NCBI GenBank assembly: GCA_022703405.1
Contig: JAKLDT010000001.1
Location: 1,523-65,522, forward strand
Direction: 5' to 3'
DNA: 64,000 bases
Source of the DNA: Bacteroidota bacterium
GTDB taxonomy: Bacteria > Bacteroidota > Bacteroidia > Bacteroidales > VadinHA17
Shown here: one piece after another, positions 9,165-16,164 of the stretch
Numbering within the stretch: the stretch's first letter is position 1
Layout: every line of letters starts with the position of its first letter
Translations under genes and position numbers: made by a program
Notes under the pieces: model-generated
Database searches by the model: none
The model's input: only the letters and a program-made list of their open reading frames with translations
What the model was told of the DNA's origin: nothing

Positions 9165-9385
9165 CGTCCCGTCCGCACCGCGAATAAAAACATGAAAGCC
9201 ATCTGTCAGGATGGCTTTAGTGTTTTAAACCGTCGGCGTTGATCAGTAAAATGGCGCGCTGGCGTCATTTCATGTTTTTATTCGCAGGGTAACCAGTGGA
9301 GGAAAGGGTCCGGCGCAGCCATTTCCGGCTCCACCTTTATGATAGAAACTTTAAAGCCTCATTAAATGGGGCTTTTCGCTTTTTA
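9165..9385 (+). ncRNA. Candidate structured non-coding element at the island junction (identity unknown)
   Basis: Contains an 18-bp perfect inverted repeat (9180-9197 / 9268-9285), which encloses the hairpin AAAGCCATC-TGTCAG-GATGGCTTT (9195-9218). A bulged hairpin GTGGA-GGAAA...TTTCC-GGC-TCCAC lies at 9296-9334. A terminator-like AAAGCC...GGCTTT plus T-run lies at 9353-9385. No ORF. Confidence 0.25.
9167..9191 (+). repeat. att-like direct repeat, copy A (TCCCGTCCGCACCGCGAATAAAAAC)
   Basis: 24/25 identical to 11407-11431. The GC-rich half CCCGT-CCGCACC-G has the layout of a tRNA T-stem 3' strand, a 7-nt acceptor strand and a discriminator base. Confidence 0.6.
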
Positions 9386-9394
9386 TTAGGAATG

Positions 9395-9417
9395 ATTTGT
9401 CCGACATTTGTCCGACA
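9395..9417. repeat. Tandem ATTTGTCCGAC x2
   Basis: Perfect 11-bp tandem duplication. It resembles the TTGTnnnnA pattern of the 9019-9041 repeats, so these may be arm-type or accessory-protein sites. Confidence 0.35.
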
Positions 9418-9668
9418 TTGCCAAAATCACAAAAGCTTTTTCGATTTAATTTATAGAGATACTTCATACTTTTGCCTTGGTTTCTACTTTGTCATATTCT
9501 GAATTATTGCATTGATATTCAATCAAAGACAAGTGTAAATACTTACTTTAACAAATTAATCGAAACTCAAAAATGGAAAGAAAGGTAAAAAAATACACTC
9601 TATTCATACTCATTTTTTTATTACATTCTAAGGAATGAGTATTATATCACAAGAACAAAGCGTCTCTC

Positions 9669-9830
9669 TGGAAATTATTTTCCAATCGTATCCTCATACT
9701 GGAAAATAATTGATCATTTGGTGCAAACAATGCATTATATTGGAAATTATTTTCTAATTACAGCCCCTTGGTGGAAAATATTATCTAATTTTGTGCTTTT
9801 ACAAGATTATTATGGAAAATATTTTACCTA
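9669..9830 (+). promoter_or_regulatory. Phased array of five 18-bp repeats (TGGAAAwTATTwTCyAAT) ending on the fic start codon
   Basis: Copies start at 9669, 9700, 9741, 9772 and 9813, with spacings of 31, 41, 31 and 41 bp. R1 and R3 are 17/18 identical. R2, R4 and R5 share TGGAAAATA. R5 includes the ATG at 9812. Confidence 0.5.
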
Positions 9831-11293
9831 TACATCTTCAGGAGATAATTTTCAGTTCATCAGATCAAAAAATCTCAAAGCAGATTTCAAAACTTGTGAA
9901 GACTGGGAAGATCAGGAAAATTGCTCAACGAATATATTCTTCGAACTTTATTGACCAGCCAGATGCAATAATTCGGAGAAATTTATTCATTGTGCTTGGC
10001 AGGCTTCATCCAGGCGCAATCCTAAGTCATCGTTCAGCTTTTGAATATGAACCAACCAATGAAGGCCATATTTTCTTAACATATTCATATACAAAAAAGG
10101 TAAATCTGGCCGGGGTCATTCTAAGGTTTCTTGAGGGACATAAAGCCTTACCAGGCGATAATCAAATCTCTGGTGGATTATATGCTTCCCAGAGAGCAAG
10201 AGCATTTTTAGAAAATTTGCAACTTTCAAAAAATGTAAGTGGAAGTTCAAAATGTCTGCCAACAGCTACAATAGAAAGCAAATTAGAACAGATTATCAGG
10301 GTAAATGGAGAGGAAGAACTAAATAAAATAAGAGACAGAGCAAGGGAGATTGCTCCTGAACTCAATATGGAAAGAGAATTTGAAAGATTAAATAAGATAA
10401 TTAGTGCTCTTTTAACTACACAGACACCAAAGATATTATCATCTCCTATTGCAGTTGCCAGGGCATTTGGATTTCCTTATGATCCAGCCAGAATAAAACT
10501 TTTTGAGGACCTCTTCAGAGCATTAAAGACAAGTGAGTTCAAAAGCAGACCAGATAAAAACACAACTTCCGAATCCTTCAGGAATTTTGCATTCTTTGAA
10601 AGTTATTTTTCAAATTATATTGAAGGAACTGTGTTTGAAGTAGATGAGGCGAAGAACATTGTAGACTCAAATAAACCGTTACCAGCCAGAAATGAAGATA
10701 GCCATGATGTGCTGGGAACGTACAGGTTAGTCTCGAATAAGGCTGAAATGTCAGTAACACCGGCTAAAGCTGAAGATATGTTGCACATTATTACATATCG
10801 GCATAGAATTTTACTGGAAGCCAGACCAGAAAAGAATCCTGGTGTGCTTAAGGATAGAAACAATTTTGCAGGTTCGACATCATTTGTGGATTTTAATCTG
10901 GTTCGTGGCACATTATTACAATCATTTAACTTTTTTCAAGCACTTGATCACCCCTTTGCTAAGGCTTCTTTCATGATGTTCATTTTAAGTGAAGTTCATC
11001 CATTCCTTGATGGAAATGGTCGTATTGCCAGAATTATGATGAATGCAGAATTAGTAAAAGACGGGCAATCAAAGATTATTATACCAACTGTCTATCGTGA
11101 TGATTATTTTGTTACACTTAGAAAACTGACAAGACAAGGCGATCCGAAACCTTATATAGCAATGTTACAACGAGTACATGAATTTAGTGAAAACATTTAT
11201 GGAGACAATTATAAAGTTATGTTGGACTACATCAACCAATGTAATGCATTCTACGAACACACTGAAGCCAGATTAAAGGTTGCTAAAAGGTAG
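9812..11293 (+). CDS. Fic-domain protein (probable AMPylase) with a long N-terminal extension
   Basis: Canonical Fic motif HPFLDGNGRIARIM. An upstream SNYIEG matches the (S/T)xxxE(G/N) inhibitory-helix motif. The ATG at 9812 (MENILPI) is preferred over the TTG at 9791 used by the track. Confidence 0.9.
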   Translation: MENILPIHLQEIIFSSSDQKISKQISKLVKTGKIRKIAQRIYSSNFIDQPDAIIRRNLFIVLGRLHPGAILSHRSAFEYEPTNEGHIFLTYSYTKKVNLAGVILRFLEGHKALPGDNQISGGLYASQRARAFLENLQLSKNVSGSSKCLPTATIESKLEQIIRVNGEEELNKIRDRAREIAPELNMEREFERLNKIISALLTTQTPKILSSPIAVARAFGFPYDPARIKLFEDLFRALKTSEFKSRPDKNTTSESFRNFAFFESYFSNYIEGTVFEVDEAKNIVDSNKPLPARNEDSHDVLGTYRLVSNKAEMSVTPAKAEDMLHIITYRHRILLEARPEKNPGVLKDRNNFAGSTSFVDFNLVRGTLLQSFNFFQALDHPFAKASFMMFILSEVHPFLDGNGRIARIMMNAELVKDGQSKIIIPTVYRDDYFVTLRKLTRQGDPKPYIAMLQRVHEFSENIYGDNYKVMLDYINQCNAFYEHTEARLKVAKR

Positions 11294-11406
11294 GAGCATC
11301 TTTATTGAAAATGTAAGGCTAATCAACCTGGGCATCAATTCATATCTCCTTTTCTCTACAAGTTTCTTGTCTTGAATTATGAATAATTAATACAAATGCC
11401 AGCAGT

Positions 11407-11431
11407 TCCCGTCCGCACCGCGAACAAAAAC
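11407..11431 (+). repeat. att-like direct repeat, copy B (TCCCGTCCGCACCGCGAACAAAAAC)
   Basis: Second copy. It coincides with the transition from AT-rich accessory DNA to core genes (GH29 promoter region). Confidence 0.6.
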
Positions 11432-11499
11432 CACTCAGAAGGAAAAAAATAATCATTTTTGCTTTTTTAGTCCTACCTTTATTAAAATACTCATCCGCT

Positions 11500-12564
11500 A
11501 TGCAAAAATTCAAAATAAAACCTCTGCAGGTTTTCTGTTGCATACTGATTTTAATAACAGCGTGCAGATCAGAGAAAAAAAACATTGAATATACTCCTGC
11601 AACAGAAAAGACAGAAGCTTTAGCCTCCTGGGAAGACCTCCGCTTCGGGGCCTTCGTCCATTTCAACGACAATACCTTCTTTGGAAAGGAGATATGCAAA
11701 AACACCGATCCTGCCTTGTTTAATCCTGCTGATCTGAACTTCGATGATATGATGAAAACCTTTAATGAGGCTGGAATCCGTTATGCAGTTCTTACAACCC
11801 GTCACACTTCCGGTTTCTGCCTGTGGGACAGCAAGGTAAGCTCATTCGATGTTGCATCCGGTCCATTCAGAAAAGATGTTGTGAAACTTTTCACAGAAGC
11901 ATGCAGAAAATACAACATCAAGCCTTGCTTTTACTATTGCTTATGGGGCAAAAAAGACTGGAACCCGGCAGACTGGAACCCTGTTATCAGGGAGGAACTA
12001 AGAAATACTTCCCCGAAGGAAATTATTAAAACCCAGCTGAGTGAACTAGCTGATAATTATGGTGATATATGCGAGTTTTGGCTCGACATGTATTGCTGGT
12101 GCGACACAACGCTTTCGACTCAGGAAATTTATGATCTTATTAAAAGCAAAAACAAAAATACAATCGTTCATTTCAATCAGCATGTGCAGGACGGTTCAGA
12201 AATAAAATACTTCCCCACCGATATTCTTAACGGAGAAGAACGGCTTCCTCCTTCTTCAGGACATATTTCTGAAAGAACTGTTGGCGGAAAAACATACTAT
12301 CTGCCTTTTGAATACGAGATCACTTCGCAGAGCTGTGATTCAATTTCTCTTGGAAACGGACTCATGCCGGGTTCAGTATGGTTCACCTACCCGGGAAGTC
12401 ATTTCTATCCGGGCGACAGCCTTTACAGCTATATAAGGCAGAGCTTTGAAAGAGGTGGCAGAAATATCCTCCTGTCAACTGCGCCTGACAAAACAGGTTC
12501 GTACAGGAATGCTGACAGGGATAGCCTGATAAAACTCGGAAAGATGCTTTACAGAGACAACTAA
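11500..12564 (+). CDS. GH29-like alpha-L-fucosidase, exported
   Basis: N-terminal signal/lipoprotein-like sequence (LILITACRSE). RFGAFVHFN and TTRHTSGFCLWDS resemble GH29 catalytic-domain motifs. Confidence 0.6.
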   Translation: MQKFKIKPLQVFCCILILITACRSEKKNIEYTPATEKTEALASWEDLRFGAFVHFNDNTFFGKEICKNTDPALFNPADLNFDDMMKTFNEAGIRYAVLTTRHTSGFCLWDSKVSSFDVASGPFRKDVVKLFTEACRKYNIKPCFYYCLWGKKDWNPADWNPVIREELRNTSPKEIIKTQLSELADNYGDICEFWLDMYCWCDTTLSTQEIYDLIKSKNKNTIVHFNQHVQDGSEIKYFPTDILNGEERLPPSSGHISERTVGGKTYYLPFEYEITSQSCDSISLGNGLMPGSVWFTYPGSHFYPGDSLYSYIRQSFERGGRNILLSTAPDKTGSYRNADRDSLIKLGKMLYRDN

Positions 12565-12670
12565 GGCGCTTTTGAGACAGCAATAAAAATTATCCTTTAT
12601 CGGTTTAAGTCTGGGATACAGTTTCTGAAAAAGACTGAAAATTTTTTCTTCCACCTTCGAATGAGTGATT

Positions 12671-13612
12671 CTACCTGGCAATTGCTGATGAGTACTTTAC
12701 AGCATCTGCCTTATTCCAGGTGATTGTTGCAGTGCCATATCTGAAGTTAGTATCCAGGTATTTATTATAAGTGGTCTTCTCTTCAGAAGCTGATCCATCT
12801 CCAATCTTCCCGATAAGTAGCTGCATGTCAGTAATATATTGTCCCGTGAGCTTTTCCATCTTACCTTTCTGCCAGTAATGTCCACCGTAGATAATCAGCT
12901 TTTTGCTGTCGATTTTATTTTCAGGATCACTTATATATTTTGCCAGCCTTTCAATACTTTCCCTGTAAGTCAGAAAACTGTTGTTTGAAAAAAGCCATAC
13001 CCCGTTACCTGATCCTAATGCATCGCCCGTAAAAAGGAGATTTCTGTCCTTCAGAAAAAAGATTGTTGAATGAGCTGTATGACCAGGTACCTCATAAGAT
13101 GTTAATACAACACCTCCTCCCAGATCTAAGGTGGCATTTTCAGGGAATGCCAAAGTCCTTTCAGCCGGGAAGATATCCTTTCCTCTGAATTCTTCAGAAG
13201 GTATCCAGAAATGAGCATTCTGATCTTCCTTAAATGCCGGCAGCATTCCTAAATGGTCGCCATGATTATGTGTTACAGTAATAAAAAGTTCCTTCCTGCC
13301 TTTCTGTTCATAGATAATAGAACGCAATGAACTGATAGCTGAAGTATCCCATTTAATAAAATTTGAGAGATCTATCAGCAGAATTTTATCCCTGCCAGCT
13401 ATAAGGTACATATCGGAACAGTTGTTGAATCCGGTCGTCTTTCCGTCTGCATCAGTCTGAATACCTGACGGATTGCTTTTATTTGAATCCTCTATATGAA
13501 ATACTCCCTCATCAATGCAGGTGACTGTATAAGGTCCTTTTTCAAAGGTCTGTGAATGGCTTTCAGCACAAAACCAAATAGCGCATAGCGCAAGTACAAA
13601 TCTGGTCTTCAT
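12671..13612 (-). CDS. MBL-fold metallo-hydrolase, exported
   Basis: HNHGDH (HxHxDH) motif. The start is taken at the internal MKTRFVLALCAIW signal peptide (13612), because the track start overlaps the upstream gene. Confidence 0.8.
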   Translation of the reverse strand: MKTRFVLALCAIWFCAESHSQTFEKGPYTVTCIDEGVFHIEDSNKSNPSGIQTDADGKTTGFNNCSDMYLIAGRDKILLIDLSNFIKWDTSAISSLRSIIYEQKGRKELFITVTHNHGDHLGMLPAFKEDQNAHFWIPSEEFRGKDIFPAERTLAFPENATLDLGGGVVLTSYEVPGHTAHSTIFFLKDRNLLFTGDALGSGNGVWLFSNNSFLTYRESIERLAKYISDPENKIDSKKLIIYGGHYWQKGKMEKLTGQYITDMQLLIGKIGDGSASEEKTTYNKYLDTNFRYGTATITWNKADAVKYSSAIAR

Positions 13613-13619
13613 GAATTGA

Positions 13620-14720
13620 TTATTTGGTATCCTTACTTCCTCTTGCTTCATTATCAGCCCTTTCCTGCCTTTTAATGAGAATATCAGACAAGACCTGAAC
13701 CATTTTTCTCATTTCAGGATCATTACTTTGTGACATCCTTAACCAGGCTCCTCCCCCCTCATAATAGGCTACAAGTCTTTCGTCCCACACCCTGTTTTCA
13801 TCAAAGTACCTTATATATTCATAGTATTTTTCCCTTCCTTCCGGTTTTGCAACATTATTGTCAAACTCCAGTTCCATACCCATCCTGTGCAGTTTTCCAA
13901 ATTTGCAGGCATCATCAAGTCTCTGGGCAGATATCTCTTTGTTAAAGAAATAGTTAGGCTGCTGATAAGCGCAATCGAATCCGAGTTCATCCCATTTGTC
14001 CGATCTTTCTGCTTTCCAGTAAGGTATCCAGTAGAGTTTCATGGATTTCTGAACAAGGTATTTCTTTACTTCAGGAATTATTGCAAAGTCCTTTCCTGCA
14101 GCTTCATGAACCCAGTAGAAGCCATCGAGTTCTATATGCCGGTATCCCTTATTGTTCCATGTTTCAAGAACTCTGTCAACAAACCAGCATGCGGCAGCTA
14201 TCTGATCTTCAGCTTTATTGAAATCCAGTTTCTTTCCGTTTATTTCTCCCCAGTCTGTAAATCCAGAAACCGGACAGGGAATACTGATCACAACTTTCCT
14301 TGGCCTGACAGGCTTTTTCCCCTGTCGGGCAAGGCTATCCAAAACTGCCTCAAGTGCATCCGGGCCCTTTCCCTTTCCGAAATAGCGACCCAGAAGCCAC
14401 TCCCATTCAGTCTTTGAGGCTGTTGCATAACCGAATCCCGGGTCCCATTCCAGCTTCCGGTTTTTGTCAAAGATCTCCAGAAAAAGGAAGCCATCAAAAA
14501 GCCAGTTAAAACTGTTTGCGTCTGATTTATAAATATATGGCTTCAGTTCATTCTTATTCCAGTCAGGTCTGTGTGTCGATCCGTGATAAATAAGAACGAG
14601 ATCAGAGATGACAGAATTATTTTTAACCTGAGGTTGCGCCGAACAGATAAACAACTCTGAATTAAGAATAAGGAGAACTGTTACAATTAATAAAGAAACG
14701 AATGAGTTATTGTATTTCAT
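13620..14720 (-). CDS. Exported protein, DUF4855-like (putative glycosidase-like TIM-barrel fold)
   Basis: Signal peptide. Recollection-level resemblance to the DUF4855 family (FDGFLFLEI, YWVHEAA, YWIPYW). Not verifiable here. Confidence 0.4.
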   Translation of the reverse strand: MKYNNSFVSLLIVTVLLILNSELFICSAQPQVKNNSVISDLVLIYHGSTHRPDWNKNELKPYIYKSDANSFNWLFDGFLFLEIFDKNRKLEWDPGFGYATASKTEWEWLLGRYFGKGKGPDALEAVLDSLARQGKKPVRPRKVVISIPCPVSGFTDWGEINGKKLDFNKAEDQIAAACWFVDRVLETWNNKGYRHIELDGFYWVHEAAGKDFAIIPEVKKYLVQKSMKLYWIPYWKAERSDKWDELGFDCAYQQPNYFFNKEISAQRLDDACKFGKLHRMGMELEFDNNVAKPEGREKYYEYIRYFDENRVWDERLVAYYEGGGAWLRMSQSNDPEMRKMVQVLSDILIKRQERADNEARGSKDTK

Positions 14721-14881
14721 GTGAGTACACTAATTGATAGGTATCAAAGATATTTTAAAAACCAATCAGTTTGCCTTGAATATTAATAAAACCTGTATAT
14801 AAGCAGGATTCCGTTTATTGCATATTAAGTTTTATTAGATTTGAACATATCTTCTATCTCGTAATTATAAAATTGGAAATA

Positions 14882-15382
14882 ATGAAAATATCATTAGTAT
14901 TTGTAACCTCTGTTCTCATACTGTTCTCAGTACCGGAATATTCTTCAGCACAGAGTAAGGCATCGGCCCCTGATCAGGCTGAACTTTTGAAGCAGTTTAA
15001 AGGCTCATGGACCTGTGAGATAGGGAAAGATACTATAGCTCAATGGGATATGATACCATGGGGAACAGGCTTCGAAGCTAAACTGAAATATGTGTATAAA
15101 GGAAAAATTATTAAGGAAGGCAAAGGTTTATATGGTTATGATTCTGCACTGGACAAAATAGTTGAGGCAGGAATCACAAAAGGAATGGACATCGGCGTGT
15201 ATGTAATGTGGTTTATTACTGACAGAAAATGGATCCTTATTCCATACAACGATCTGAAAAATCCCGAAAAAGCCACTTTTAAAATGGAGGGTGAATTCAG
15301 ATCTTCTGATAAGCTTATTGAGATTAACTATACTAACGGCAAACCTGTCAAAACGAAAAGCTGGACTGCATCAAAACAATAA
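14882..15382 (+). CDS. Hypothetical secreted protein
   Basis: Signal peptide MKISLVFVTSVLILFSVPEYSSAQ. ATG at 14882 is preferred over the TTG at 14873. Confidence 0.5.
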   Translation: MKISLVFVTSVLILFSVPEYSSAQSKASAPDQAELLKQFKGSWTCEIGKDTIAQWDMIPWGTGFEAKLKYVYKGKIIKEGKGLYGYDSALDKIVEAGITKGMDIGVYVMWFITDRKWILIPYNDLKNPEKATFKMEGEFRSSDKLIEINYTNGKPVKTKSWTASKQ

Positions 15383-15715
15383 ATTTCCCATTGTTGCCCG
15401 ACAGATAATTTAGAATGCTTCCAAATTACAAAAGGGAACGAATCCTCTGCAGATTTTAAAAAAATGGCTTGTGCACAATAACACACTGAGTACCTTGCCG
15501 TTGTGAAGGCGCCAGGATTGTTAATAAGTTTTCCGCACTGTTTATGCTAAATATTTCTTTACTGTTAATTGGTTAACAAATATTTTTATTTTTGCCCGCA
15601 GGGTACGTCAAAGCCCTTATTAGTAGAGTGAAAGCCTTTTGGTGATGCATAAGCCGGAGGCTTTCATGTTTTATACTAATTTATTTATTTTCAGCCTGAT
15701 CGCATATAAATTCAT

Positions 15716-16135
15716 TCAAAACCAGGTTTTAGCAGAAACATGCTTATCGCTCTGATAATCTGTAAGCTTGTAGATCACAGCAGAATCATTCTCAATGAAG
15801 TATTCCCATCTGCCACCCACCATGCCCGGATTGTAATGCTTCCTTGTAAGGTATAACCTGTCCCCTTTTCTGAATTCACATCTTTTGCCTTCCGCACATA
15901 TCTTGCCATATATGCTCTCCAGCGAAGTTTTTATCCATACTACTTCAACCCTTGGCAGATCATCCGTAACAGTTGCCCTGTATTCAAGAAAAGTACCGGC
16001 AAATTTCCTTGTTGTAACAAGCTGTTCCCCATCAACGTCACCAGAAAATGAAGCCTTACCTCCGGTGGAACAGGAACCGATAATTAATTGAGAAATTAAG
16101 ATGACAGTAATCTGAAGAATTTTTTTGTATTCCAT
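15716..16135 (-). CDS. Hypothetical lipoprotein
   Basis: Lipobox-like LIIGSC after a hydrophobic N-terminus. Confidence 0.5.
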   Translation of the reverse strand: MEYKKILQITVILISQLIIGSCSTGGKASFSGDVDGEQLVTTRKFAGTFLEYRATVTDDLPRVEVVWIKTSLESIYGKICAEGKRCEFRKGDRLYLTRKHYNPGMVGGRWEYFIENDSAVIYKLTDYQSDKHVSAKTWF

Positions 16136-16164
16136 ATCTTCACGGGCTTTTGCTTATCAGCTGA

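Larger units (their letters stand above)
1..9191 (-). mobile_element. Integrative genomic island (partial; left end outside the window)
   Basis: Integrase, excisionase-like HTH, DUF4373, radC and type I restriction subunit all lie on one strand. The region is visibly AT-rich relative to the core genes to the right. It ends at a 25-bp att-like repeat. Confidence 0.7.
9167..11431. mobile_element. 2.2-kb integrase-less module carrying fic, bracketed by the 25-bp direct repeats
   Basis: Direct repeats sit at both ends. It has its own tandem 11-bp repeat (9395-9417) near the left end and a single cargo gene. It directly abuts the integrase-proximal end of the larger island. Confidence 0.5.

Noticed and set aside
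9296-9334. GGAGGAAAGGGTCCGG...CCGGCTCCAC resembles the RNase P RNA CR-I motif (GAGGAAAGUCCGGGCUCC), raising the idea of an rnpB gene or fragment.
   Set aside because: The match needs indels. The two half-matches are simply the two arms of a self-complementary hairpin. The following 300 nt are AT-rich and lack any other conserved RNase P regions.
9669-9830. The repeat array upstream of a toxin-like gene could be a type III toxin-antitoxin RNA antitoxin.
   Set aside because: The repeats are 18-bp cores with alternating 31/41-bp spacing rather than exact tandem units. No terminator separates them from the gene. The downstream protein is a Fic enzyme, not a ToxN/AbiQ-type endoribonuclease.
9718-9954. 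78-aa plus-strand ORF overlapping the repeat array and the fic start.
   Set aside because: It is created by the AT-rich repeats, is out of frame with fic, and has no independent support.
11340-11705. 121-aa minus-strand ORF spanning att copy B and the GH29 start.
   Set aside because: It is antisense to a well-supported gene start and crosses the island/core boundary. It is a likely shadow ORF.
13887-14417. Long antisense ORFs inside confident genes (e.g. 13887-14417, 19301-19678, 24372-24779, 25246-25707, 27350-27745, 29474-29920, 44025-44387, 48629-48985).
   Set aside because: Each lies fully within, and opposite to, a gene with clear family motifs. Their low-complexity or Cys/Phe-rich translations are typical of shadow frames.
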